A DNA stretch of 62,680 nt. It comes from Nemertoderma westbladi. Its lineage: Eukaryota > Animalia > Xenacoelomorpha. Position 1 is the stretch's first letter. The number at the start of each line of letters is the position of its first letter. Positions 1-13,500 of the stretch are shown in pieces. The DNA is taken from assembly GCA_032718475.1 (NCBI GenBank), contig JAUCBJ010008921.1, positions 1 to 62,680 on the forward strand, in the 5' to 3' direction. Below the pieces are notes generated by a model. The model was given only the letters and a program-made list of their open reading frames with translations, was not told where the DNA came from and made no database searches. Position numbers and translations under genes: made by a program.

Positions 1-285
1 GGACTAAAACGTGTTTCAGGGCCTCCACCTCTCTCTACTGTACTGGTACTGTAGGTAGTTGTCAGTACATTAGTACTGTAGTACCGTACTGGTGCAGTGT
101 TCTGTAACCTGCTCCTTTCCCTCAATTGGTAAAGTGGCCGTTTCTTGTTTTGGTTAGAAAAGCCTGCCTCTGTAACCTGCCCCTTTCCCTCAATTGGTTT
201 ATGACGTGTGTTACTTACCGTATATTAGTCCTACAGTCTGACAGTATTACTGTATTATGTGGAGGCCCCCAAACACGTTAATCCC
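1..285. mobile_element. Small inverted-repeat (MITE-like) element upstream of tafazzin
   Basis: aacgtgtttcagggcctccac (8-28) is the imperfect reverse complement of gtggaggcccccaaacacgtt (~259-279). There is an internal direct repeat ctgtaacctgc..ctttccctcaattggt. Confidence 0.45.
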
Positions 286-509
286 GTATATAGTACCCCA
301 TGGTTTAATACGATATGGCAAGCAGGCAAGGAATATTGTAGGCCGAGGATGTACATTAACTACGATCTTGGAATATTGTAAGTTATGTTGGTGGACTTGG
401 ACATCATACAGTAGTATGATTATATTAAGTTAACCAACACCCAACAGTCATTCTCTACCTGTCTACTGCCTGATGCTCTACTGACCTACATGGGGGTTCC
501 AACCAAGGT

Positions 510-1310
510 ATGGCTAAACCTCTTATCAGATTGCCATTTCCCAAGAATATAAAACGCCCGGGTGTGGGATGGACAATATCACGCGTGTGCGTACTTACTG
601 GGGCTTGGTTAGTCGACAAACTCGTTATGCACGGTCTCAACAAACCGCGATTCCACAACACCGAGGTCTTCCACAACGCGGTCTCCAACAGACCGACACA
701 GCAACCCCTCCTAACCGTAGCCAATCACGCATCTTGTTTCGACGACCCCGGTATATTCTCCGTGCAATCCTTTCGAACCGCGGTCGGTCCTCGTGCTAAA
801 TGGGCAACCGGGGCCCAAGACATAATATTCACTAACGGTTTCGTAACATGGGGTCTGTCTCGCGGCCAGGTCGTCCCTATATACAGGGGTAGTGGGGTCT
901 ATCAGATAGGAATCGGCTTCCTATTGGACAGACTGAACGAAGGCGGCTGGGTCCATATCTTTCCGGAGTCGCGAGTTAATATGAACGAAGGAGATATTCG
1001 ATTTAAATGGGGTGTTGGTCGTTTATTAGCTGACTCCCTACTCACACCCTTACTGCTGCCTATCTGGCACTGCGGTATGGACCGCTTGCTCCCTAGTCGC
1101 CCCCACCAGCATTGGATCCCCCGACTTAACAACAAGGTGACGGTTGTTTTCGGAGAACCTATAGATTTTTCTACTTTAGTAACTGAGTTGAAGCTTGAAG
1201 GGGCATCGGGTGTTGTTACACGGAAGCGTTTGACCGACAGAGTGCAGGAAATAATGTTTGACTTGCGTGACCGCTGTAATGAGTTACATGCCCAATATTT
1301 ATTAGACTGA
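510..1310 (+). CDS. TAZ: Tafazzin (phospholipid/cardiolipin transacylase), single-exon CDS, 266 aa
   Basis: ATG-to-TGA ORF with the acyltransferase HxxxxD motif (NHASCFDDP), GWVHIFPESRVN, RFKWGVGRL, VPIYRGSGVYQ and PIWHCGMD. These match tafazzin blocks over the full expected length. Confidence 0.93.
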   Translation: MAKPLIRLPFPKNIKRPGVGWTISRVCVLTGAWLVDKLVMHGLNKPRFHNTEVFHNAVSNRPTQQPLLTVANHASCFDDPGIFSVQSFRTAVGPRAKWATGAQDIIFTNGFVTWGLSRGQVVPIYRGSGVYQIGIGFLLDRLNEGGWVHIFPESRVNMNEGDIRFKWGVGRLLADSLLTPLLLPIWHCGMDRLLPSRPHQHWIPRLNNKVTVVFGEPIDFSTLVTELKLEGASGVVTRKRLTDRVQEIMFDLRDRCNELHAQYLLD

Positions 1311-1347
1311 CAAATCTGTCATCATGATAGTGATTATTATTTATAAG

Positions 1348-1534
1348 CTAAGTGTGCTGTTTAAGTATCGATTTTACACTACCATCGCGGCCACCAAATC
1401 TTACATTAGCGCATAGAGGTGTCCATTGTGGGGGAATTGCCTCAAAATCCCAACAATCCAAAGGTTGGCGGAATTCTCCCAGAAATGTATTCTTCCCATG
1501 TTGATCCTTGTGCCAAACTGATATCCACAATATT
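1348..1534 (-). CDS. Slp-like gene, coding exon 11 (end of C2A); ends at the stop at 1348 or at a donor after 1405
   Basis: ccttttag|A..., ILWISVWHKDQHGKNTFLGEFRQPLDCWDF...WTPL; internal AAT|GTAAGA donor at 1405/1404. Confidence 0.88.
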
Positions 1535-4500
1535 CTAAAAGGAGGGTAAGACCTATATATTTCAAAACTTACAATAAGACTTACTTAAAATCTGAACGCC
1601 AGCGAGAATTGTAATAGATACGAGTAACTGTTAAAAAAATATGTTAGGAAATTGTATTTTTCATATTATTACCTACTGTACATCACGCCATATAATGTAC
1701 TTTACTACTCCCATGACCTACTATAGATAGGTCATGCTACTACTACTACTAGTTCAGGCGAGCTCGTACAGAGGGAATGATATCCTTCGAATGACTTCCT
1801 AGGACTTTGATCATCGTGATATATAAATGGTAACTATTTTCATCATTTATTTATGTAACGATCGAGCTCAGCGAGGGAGGTTTACATAAATAAATAATGT
1901 TCATAAAGGCTGAATAGTTCCATTTTCACTATGTTAATTTGTTTATGTTACCCTACCTTGTTTCTAACTCTCCTCTGGTCGCTTTATATTTCACTATCTC
2001 ATCGAACATTGGGTTGGTCGTTCCTTTTCGAGCTTTCGTTGTCCTTTTCCCTGATTTGAAAGTGTCAGGTAGCAGAAAAACCTTGATATACCTGAAAAAC
2101 AAGATGTACCGGTACTTTTTGGTAAACAAAATATAAACCAACACAAACCATAGCCGGCACGGCAAGCATGTTCATAACAAAGTTTTTTTAATAGAATCTG
2201 TAAGTACAGTTTCAGAAAGTTGTTTGTGGGGCGAGCCGCGCAGTCAGGGAGAGCCTTAGCGCACATTTATAATTAGTAAATAGGGCAAAATTTCTTGTCC
2301 GTCTGTCTGTCCGACTGAGTTAGGATATGTTTCACTGAGTTGAATATGTTTCACTGAGTTAGAATATGTTTCACTGAGTTAGAATATGTTTCACTGAGTT
2401 AGAATATGTTTCACTGAGTTAGAATATGTTTCACTGAGTTAGAATATGTTGCACTGAGTTAGAATATGTTTCACTGAGTTAGATTATGCTTAACTGAGTT
2501 AGAATATGTTTCACTGAGTTAGAATATGTTTCACTGAGTTAGAATAAATTTCACTGAGTTAGAATATGTTTCACTGAGTTAGAATATGTTTCACTGAGTT
2601 AGAATATGTTTCACTGAATTAGATTATGCTTCACTGAGTTAGAATATGTTTCACTGAGTTAGAATGTTTCACTGAGTTAGAATGTGTTTCACTGGGTTAG
2701 GATATGTTTCACTGAGTTAGAATATGTTTCACTGAGTTAGAATATGTTTCACTGAGTTAGAATATGTTTCACTGAGTTAGAATATGTTTCACTGAGTTAG
2801 AATATGTTTCACTGAGTTAGAATATGTTTCACTGAGTTAGAATATGTTTCACTGAGTTAGAATATGTTTCACTGAGTTAGAATATGTTTCACTGAGTTAG
2901 AATATGTTTCACTGAGTTAGAATATGTTTCACTGAGTTAGAATATGTTTCACTGAGTTAGAATATGTTTCACTGAGTTAGAATATGTTTCACTGAGTTAG
3001 AATATGTTTCACTGAGTTAGAATATGTTTCACTGAGTTAGAATATGTTTCACTGAGTTAGAATATGTTTCACTGAGTTAGAATATGTTTCACTGAGTTAG
3101 AATATGTTTCACTGAGTTAGAATATGGAAACTAACGGATCTGGTTTTTCGGGTTTCTTCTTCCCGGAGATGTAAGTGAGACCGCGACAGCTCTTTATGTG
3201 AATGAGGATGGTAGTTTTCTCGTCGTTGTACTCCAAACCGTAGAGCAACTCTCCTTGTACGTCGACATCGGATCTGCCGACCTCGCTCCCGGCCCCACTG
3301 TATACGCTGACCAACGAACTCGATTTGGAGAGCGCGGAGAACCCGCGGGTCAGCGTGGGTTGCGAAGCAGAGAGTCGTCGACCGGTCGAGGCTGGGGTCC
3401 CTTCGGTCCATTCGGCGTCCTGATACAGCGGAGATGGGAATAAAATAATATTGGGTTGGAGTTTGTAAAGAAGAATGATATTACCGGAATAATAAAAGCT
3501 TAGAATATAATTCTTGGGAGGTACAATCCATCATTACAACTATTACACTTTTATTGTTATTTTAATACTGTATACTTTAGTGCTTATTTAAAATTTCAAG
3601 TAAAACGGGGGAAAGAATATTTCTAGGTAAATAAACTATTTGCAACTACCTTAACTTTAAGTGGCTACTTAAAGTTAAGTTAATTAAGGTAGGCCCAAAT
3701 TTAAGTGGGTTGCATCATGACCTACTACAATACGACCTGGCAAGCTGCAACAACAGTCCAATAAGTTTAGTGGGCCGTCTTTGTTTTTACTTGTAAACAG
3801 ATGGTCATTTTAGATGCCATTTTTTTTTGTCCGTGATGATATCAATGAACGAGTTAATTAATAACAAACAAGCGCCATAGCTCAGACGGCATAATTTAAT
3901 CGTAAAATACTGTGAAAGGGGCGGGGGGGGGGGGGGGGGGGTGTGGTAAAAAAAATCAAGATTTTGAAAGGCATGCTCTTCCAGAAAGCAAATAAATATA
4001 AATAAGTGCAATATACATTTTCCGATTTGGGGTGAACTATATAGAATTTACTAATTATTTATTGCATGGTAAATATTGTAGAACATTTTTCTCACAAATT
4101 TTTTTTTTCAGATATCCTATTTACCAAACGTGGCGAGGTTAATTATTAATTAATAAAGAATCTGTATGTAGGTATATACTATATATGTCTGTTTGTTGGT
4201 CTGTATGTCTGTCCTGTCCGTCCATGTAAAAACACAAAACTTAGGAACTTAGCTAAAATTTTTGCGATGGGGGTTTTCATGGTTGGTGATTTTTATTTCC
4301 GATCCTATTTGATTTGATGGCTTCTAAATCGTCTGTCTGTCTATCCGACTGTTATGGCTATATTTTGACGGACAGACCGACACCGACACTACCACGTGTG
4401 ACCGTCAACACACAGACACCATACCGCCGAACGCGAATCCCTGACATCGGAAGTGAAATCACCGACAAGGAAAATCATGTAGGGGATTGGATAGTTTGAT

Positions 4501-7500
4501 TAGGGGACCCTACATACCTTAACTACACTAAAGGGGATTGGATAGTTTGATTAGGAGACCCTACATACCTTAACTACACTAAAGGGGATTGGATAGTTTG
4601 ATTAGGGGACCCTACATACCTTAACTACACTAAAGGGGATTGGATAGTTTGATTAGGGGACCCTACATACCTTAACTACACTAAAGGGGATTGGATAGTT
4701 TGATTAGGGGACCCTACATACCTTAACTACACTAAAGGGGATTGGATAGTTTGATTAGGGGACCCTACATACCTTAACTACACTAAAGGGGATTGGATAG
4801 TTTGATTAGGGGACCCTACATACCTTAACTACACTAAAGGGGATTGGATAGTTTGATTAGGGGACCCTACATACCTTAACTACACTAAAGGGGATTGGAT
4901 AGTTTGATTAGGAGACCCTACATACCTTAACTACACTAAAGGGGATTGGATAGTTTGATTAGGGGACCCTACATACCTTAACTACACTAAAGGGGATTGG
5001 ATAGTTTGATTAGGGGACCCTACATACCTTAACTACACTAAAGGGGATTGGATAGTTTGATTAGGGGACCCTACATACCTTAACTACACTAAAGGGGATT
5101 GGATAGTTTGATTAGGGGACCCTACATACCTTAACTACACTAAAGGGGATTGGATAGTTTGATTAGGGGACCCTACATACCTTAACTACACTAAAGGGGA
5201 TTGGATAGTTTGATTAGGGGACCCTACATACCTTAACTACACTAAAGGGGATTGTATAGTTTGATTAGGGGACCCTACATACCTTAACTACACTAAAGGG
5301 AATTGGATAGTTTGATTAGGGGACCCTACATACCTTAACTACACTAAAGGGAATTGGATAGTTTGATTAGGGGACCCTACATACCTTAACTACACGAAAG
5401 GGGATTGGATAGTTTGATTAGGGGACCCTACATACCTTAACTACACTAAAGGGGATTGGATAGTTTGATTAGGGGACCCTACATACCTTAACTACACTAA
5501 AGGGGATTGGATAGATTGGTTAGGGGACCCTACATACCTTAACTACACTCAAGGGGATTGAATAGTTTGATTAGGGGACCCTACATACCTTAACTACACT
5601 AAAGGGGATTGGATAGTTTGATTAGGGGACCCTACATACCTTAACTACACTAAAGGGAATTGGATAGTTTGATTAGGGGACCCTACATACCTTAACTACA
5701 CTAAAGGGGATTGGATAGTTTAATTAGGGGACCCTACATACCTTAACTACACTAAAGGGGATTGGTTAGGGGACCCTACATACCTTAACTACACTCAAGG
5801 GGATTGAATAGTTTGATTAGGGGACCCTACATACCTTAACTACACTCAAGGGGATTGAATAGTTTGATTAGGGGACCCTACATACCTTAACTACACTAAA
5901 GGGGATTGGATAGTTTGATTAGGGGACCCTACATACCTTAACTACACTAAAGGGGATTGGATAGTTTGATTAGGGGACCCTACATACCTTAACTACACTA
6001 AAGGGGATTGGATAGTTTGATTAGGGGACCCTACATACCTTAACTACACTAAAGGGGATTGGATAGTTTGATTAGGGGACCCTACATACCTTAACTACAC
6101 TAAAGGGGATTGGATAGTTTGATTAGGGGACCCTACATACCTTAACTACACTAAAGGGGATTGGATAGTTTGATTAGGGGACCCTACATACCTTAACTAC
6201 ACTAAAGGGGATTGGATAGTTTGATTAGGGGACCCTACATACCTTAACTACACTAAAGGGGATTGTATAGTTTGATTAGGGGACCCTACATACCTTAACT
6301 ACACTAAAGGGGATTGGATAGTTTGATTAGGGGACCCTACATACCTTAACTACACTAAAGGGGATTGGATAGTTTGATTAGGGGACCCTACATACCTTAA
6401 CTACACTAAAGGGAATTGGATAGTTTGATTAGGGGACCCTACATACCTTAACTACACTAAAGGGAATTGGATAGTTTGATTAGGGGACCCTACATACCTT
6501 AACTACACTAAAGGGGATTGGATAGTTTGATTAGGGGACCCTACATACCTTAACTACACTAAAGGGGATTGGATAGTTTGATTAGGGGACCCTACATACC
6601 TTAACTACACTAAAGGGGATTGGATAGTTTGATTAGGGGACCCTACATACCTTAACTACACTAAAGGGAATTGGATAGTTTGATTAGGGGACCCTACATA
6701 CCTTAACTACACTAAAGGGAATTGGATAGTTTGATTAGGGGACCCTACATACCTTAACTACACGAAAGGGGATTGGATAGTTTGATTAGGGGACCCTACA
6801 TACCTTAACTACACTAAAGGGGATTGGATAGTTTGATTAGGGGACCCTACATACCTTAACTACACTAAAGGGGATTGGATAGATTGGTTAGGGGACCCTA
6901 CATACCTTAACTACACTCAAGGGGATTGAATAGTTTGATTAGGGGACCCTACATACCTTAACTACACTAAAGGGGATTGGATAGTTTGATTAGGGGACCC
7001 TACATACCTTAACTACACTAAAGGGAATTGGATAGTTTGATTAGGGGACCCTACATACCTTAACTACACTAAAGGGGATTGGATAGTTTGATTAGGGGAC
7101 CCTACATACCTTAACTACACTAAAGGGGATTGGTTAGGGGACCCTACATACCTTAACTACACTCAAGGGGATTGAATAGTTTGATTAGGGGACCCTACAT
7201 ACCTTAACTACACTCAAGGGGATTGAATAGTTTGATTAGGGGACCCTACATACCTTAACTACACTAAAGGGGATTGGATAGTTTGACTAGGGGACCCTAC
7301 ATACCTTAACTACACTAAAGGGGATTGGATAGTCTGATTAGGGGACCCTACATACCTTAACTACACTAAAGGGGATTGGATAGTTTGATTAGGGGACCCT
7401 ACATACCTTAACTACACTAAAGGGGATTGGATAGTTTGATTAGGGGACCCTACATACCTTAACTACACTAAAGGGGATTGGATAGTTTGATTAGGGGACC

Positions 7501-10500
7501 CTACATACCTTAACTACACTAAAGGGAATTGGATAGTTTGATTAGGGGACCCTACATACCTTAACTACACTAAAGGGGATTGGATAGTTTGATTAGGGGA
7601 CCCTACATACCTTAACTACACGAAAGGGGATTGGATAGTTTGATTAGGGGACCCTACATACCTTAACTACACTAAAGGGGATTGTATAGTTTGATTAGGG
7701 GTCCCTACATACCTTAACTACACTAAAGGGGATTGGATAGTTTGATTAGGGGACCCTACATACCTTAACTACACTAAAGGGGATTGGATAGTTTGATTAG
7801 GGGACCCTACATACCTTAACTACACTAAAGGGAATTGGATAGTTTGATTAGGGGACCCTACATACCTTAACTACACGAAAGGGGATTGGATAGTTTGATT
7901 AGGGGACCCTACATACCTTAACTACACTAAAGGGGATTGGATAGTTTGATTAGGGGACCCTACATACCTTAACTACACTAAAGGGGATTGGATAGATTGG
8001 TTAGGGGACCCTACATACCTTAACTACACTCAAGGGGATTGAATAGTTTGATTAGGGGACCCTACATACCTTAACTACACTAAAGGGGATTGGATAGTTT
8101 GATTAGGGGACCCTACATACCTTAACTACACTAAAGGGGATTGGATAGTTTGATTAGGGGACCCTACATACCTTAACTACACTAAAGGGGATTGGATAGT
8201 TTGATTAGGGGACCCTACATACCTTAACTACACTAAAGGGGATTGGATAGTTTGATTAGGGGACCCTACATACCTTAACTACACTAAAGGGGATTGGATA
8301 GTTTGATTAGGGGACCCTACATACCCTAACTACACTAAAGGGGATTGGATAGATTGGTTAGGGGACCCTACATACCTTAACTACACTAAAGGGGATTGGA
8401 TAGTTTGATTAGGGGACCCTACATACCTTAACTACACTAAAGGGGATTGGATAGTTTGATTAGGGGACCCTACATACCTTAACTACACTAAAGGGGATTG
8501 GATAGTTTGATTAGGGGACCCTACATACCTTAACTACACTAAAGGGGATTGGATAGTTTGATTAGGGGACCCTACATACCTTAACTACACTAAAGGGGAT
8601 TGGATAGTTTGATTAGGGGACCCTACATACCTTAACTACACTAAAGGGGATTGGATAGTTTGATTAGGGGACCCTACATACCTTAACTACACTAAAGGGG
8701 ATTGGATAGTTTGATTAGGGGACCCTACATACCTTAACTACACTAAAGGGGATTGGATAGTTTGATTAGGGGACCCTACATACCTTAACTACACTAAAGG
8801 GGATTGGATAGTTTGATTAGGGGACCCTACATACCTTAACTACACTAAAGGGGATTGGATAGTTTGATTAGGGGACCCTACATACCTTAACTACACTAAA
8901 GGGGATTGGATAGTTTGATTAGGGGACCCTACATACCTTAACTACACTAAAGGGGATTGGATAGTTTGATTAGGGGACCCTACATACCTTAACTACACTA
9001 AAGGGGATTGGATAGTTTGATTAGGGGACCCTACATACCTTAACTACACTAAAGGGGATTGGATAGTTTGATTAGGGGACCCTACATACCTTAACTACAC
9101 TAAACTCGTTTTTCGGCATTTAATTCGGTTGCTGAGATATTTCCAATTTCATAACTGCCTAAATCAGAGAATCCTATAGTATGCATTACATTGGGTATTT
9201 TTTTTTCATAAGGGTCTAAATGTCAATATAACAAATATAATTGCTATTCACTATTTTGAAACATTGAATTGGAAAAGTATACCTAGGCTACCTGGGCTAC
9301 CTGCACACCGTAATAGGACAATTGTCCCCCGGCATATTGTCCTCCAGACTAGTTTGTCCCCCTGACAAATGCCCCCCGAGGACAATTGCCCCCCAATTAC
9401 ACTTACCCACCAAACCATAAATAGGTCTCAAGGAAAATTTCAAAATAAATAAGTTCGTTCCTACATAACTAGCAATTTATTCTTCCTAACTTGTTACAAC
9501 AACATTAAACAATTATTTTAAATTGCTAAGTCCGTTTTATATTTAATAAAACATCCATGTTTGCTTATTTATGTGATCAATAATTTCGATATTTTCCAAC
9601 TGAAGTATTTCAATAAAAATAAAATGTTAACGCGCTGAAGCCATTCAATTAAGTCATAAAAAAGCTACAGTATAAAGCATATAATAATTATTTAATTATT
9701 CAATTAATAATTTAATAATAATTTATTTATTTTTTATTTTATTTCCTTTATTTCTCCGGATGTTAAATCTATTAACACAATCTATACACTAAATTTAAGC
9801 AATAAATAATACAAAAACTACCTACTTACAAAAATATACAGCACAAATTTAACTAAAATAATAATAAACCGAAATTGAAGCAATAAACTCAAAAAGTTAG
9901 AGTAATTGTAATTATGTTCCCAGCACAATGAGCCTACGATCAACCATGATGAATATTCAAAATAATTTATACAAGCTTTTATAAAGACATTGGTAGAAAT
10001 AATTAACGGTTAAGTATAAAGGCCATGATAACCCACAAGAGCGGCCGCGGCGAGCGGCCACTTTTTACAAATACTGTAGAACGCATTATTCTCTATGGGT
10101 GATGATACTCTACAAATGGCCGCTGCAGCTTGCCGCTGCAGCCCACTACCCTTTTAGAACTTGTTCTATTTGTTGAGCGGCTAACGTTGGCGGCTTCTGT
10201 GTTTTACACCAATAAAAAATATTGGATCTGATCACATGAAGAACGGGAATAGAAGAACTGCTGTCTATTTCGTGTTTATAATTTATGGTACTACTGTGTT
10301 TTGGGCACACCCCCTCCAAATTTTTTACACTAGCTAGTTTATGTTGCTTTTTTTCATGTTCTAGAACATATTGTCTATTAATTTTTTTATAAATTTTGTT
10401 CCAGAACTATTAATTGTTCTTCTAGAACATTTTAAATTAGTAAGGTTTTTGTTGTTTTCCAAGCTAGTTCTTCTTACCTTTTTTAAAAATAATGTTAATG

Positions 10501-13500
10501 TTCTGGAAGTGGAACAAATATTTTTTGTTCTAGAACATTTTAAAAAATGTGTTTTTTTGGTGTTTTTTTTCGATTAGTGTTAAAAACAATTCCTAGTAAT
10601 CAAAACAATTTACCGCTCAGAACCGTTCCGTTGGATGTGAACGGACCTTTAGCAAAGGTAGGACCTTATTGTATGCAAAGCATAAAGTATGATTTTTTAG
10701 TAAATTAATATTTAGTAAAGCATGACCCGAATGTATTTAAGGTTATTTGTGTTTCACAATATTTTCACTCTGATAAATATTACCTTAACAACCACAAAAG
10801 ACAACCGTTATTAATCTTAATTAATATTAACAATTGAGGTAAACGAACCTATGTTATTCTAACCAAAACAATAAACGAAAGTCAATGGCACATATTACAG
10901 TTTCAGGTTTAGTTTGTAATAACAGTTGCTGACATGGCGTTTGTTTTGAACGCTAGGTTTATTTAATATATGTAGCCTGTGTGGAGGTTTGATCTTATAA
11001 ACTTACAGGGAAGACCTTGATTGGCCCGGCACTGCTGGGTGTACTGTCCCCAGCACTCTCCGGAGTCAGTGATTGTCTGGGTGTCGGTGTTGATTTCGAC
11101 GATGACATTGAGTGTGTTCTATGGGGTAGCAGCAATCCCTTTTGTAGTAGCAGTGGGAGACGCAACTTATGTTTCCGTGGAGATTTTACAGATGATGATT
11201 GGTTGCTAAGGGTGGCTGATAGGGGAGCAAAACAATAATTATTGGTTATACTTGCATCAGTTTCAAAATTACCTTTAACACACAGTTTAACCAAGAAATC
11301 TAAAGTTAAGGCAATGGTATCTAACAGTATCTATAGTATCTATAATCGGCATTTGCTACATTTCAGCTGCATTTAACATAATGAATGTTTTGACGGCTTA
11401 TCGACAAAATTGCGCCACCACAACTCCCTATCACCCATGACGTTCACGGGATAATTCGCATCTCTCCATGAGGCCGCCTAAGAATAAGATTGTGCACAGG
11501 CTGGTCCTCACTGCGAATGCAAAGTCCTGCAAAGCATGCGTCTCCACATCAAACTGAAGTGACTAAAGAGACACTGTAGTCGGAGATGTGTTAATTGTTT
11601 TGACACATTCTTGTGTATGTGCCATCCTGCGATTTGGTGCCCTAAGCAGGTAGAGCTCAGCATGGACTCCCATATTAGATTTATGTTCTACTGCTGCTCT
11701 GAATTATCGAGACCAGTGATTCCGATGTATTCTATGAGACTTAATCCAAAAATACCAACCTATTCCATAGTGCAAATGTATTCCTCTTCCACATGATCTT
11801 CACATGACTTTCGAATCCATGATCCCAAGTAGCAGAAGTCATCCACATGCTTGGAGTTAACAAAAAAACCAACTCTAGAAGCAGTCTGTTACACTGAACA
11901 GAGGAGCCTTTGGGCTCCCTCTTGTGATTCAGAAAGTACTCAGCCAATCAGGCTTCACCCAAGTATAGATCAGATAGGTACTTGGCAGGATTTCCTCGAC
12001 TTCTGGTGCCAGTAAGTGATGTTACTACTACTACTAGGTTGAGCGAGCTCGGACAGTGGAAATGAGATCCTCCCAGGCTTCTCGATTTTCCATATTGTCG
12101 CAATTTCGTTTCTCTCAAGTCCAGTATCAAGTTGGTCTATATATGTCATAGCCATAAAAGGTTGCCTTGGTTGCCAGAAAAGTAGATCTGGTATGACCTC
12201 ATGTTTAATTATCCAGTAGTGCCCACTGAATCTCAATCTGCGTTAACGGAGAGTGGTCATGTGTTTGTCATGTTTTGCCTCCAGTTGATATTTAGGGCTG
12301 CCCTTAGTAGTGTTGTGTGACAACATCAATTCGTTGTTCAAGTGATTTGTCAGTGTCCAGGTCTCACCCCCGTATAAAAGTACTCCTTCCACTGTGGCTC
12401 GAAAGAACTTAGTCTTCAGGTACCTGGAGAGGTCTGATTTCTAGATGGTATCCATTTTTGATAGAGCTTGCAATGCATTTGCTTTCCTAACATCTATCAA
12501 TGATCCAAGGCATTGGAAGTCGTCAAACTTCCTTAGTGGATTATTATCAATTGTTCACCATCTGGTTAGAGTACCTGAGCTTCTGTGTCACAATCTAACA
12601 ATCCCGAATTATTTCCCAAATCCCGAATCGACAATTATTTCTGGTATTCCATAAGCTCCTAGGATATCCAGCATTTTACCCCTATGGATGGAGTCGAATG
12701 CTTTCTTGAATTCTTTCTTCCACAAATGTCAGGACTGTGGTGAGAATCTTTGACTTAATTCCCTCATCAGTCTCCGTAGCGTAAGTATCTGAGCTATTGT
12801 TGATCTATTTTTCCAAAATCCATTTTGTCTCTTACGCAACAGTTTTTCGATGTTGCGTGTTCTACAAGGGGATGTTACTTTATTTATATTTACTACATAT
12901 ATCTATCTATATTATGATCGTCTAACGACTTGAGTAGAACTTAATCAACCACAATTATGAACAATAATGGTGCAAGTGTATCGCTCTGGAGGACTCCTCA
13001 TATGACTTCGAATGGACCTGTGGCACTATCAGCAGCAGACACAAATGTGGTGGAACCATCGTGCAGTGATCTGATAGCTACAATAATTTCCTCAGAAATT
13101 CCATATATTGCAAGTATGTTGAACATCGAAATCAATATGCGTGATCGAGAGACTGAATCGTAGGCCTTAAATAAGTTAATAAGTGCCAGAATGGGCTCCA
13201 TGGTCCCACGACGTTTACGGAACCCATTCTGGTTTCCACGGAGCAGTCCCTCAATGGGATACCTGATGCGATTTAATATAATTATATTGTATTACCTGTG
13301 CAGCAACGGAAATTAACAGATTCTGTGAAAATCTATAGTGTGTTAGGTAGCCAGCCATCCTTGGGACAGGGACCAACTTATTTGTTTTAATTTCTTGTAG
13401 GACTATCTTCGTTCTTTACATGGAGTGATGAGCCCAAAAACTCTGGTATTTGAAAGACCTCTAATGATTGGTTGATAAGTGTTGCTATATAAATTTGTAT

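Noticed and set aside
4481-9103. CRISPR-like appearance of regular repeats (also 45277-46890 and 55040-62680)
   Set aside because: Units are head-to-tail with no unique spacers, there are no cas genes, and the context is eukaryotic.
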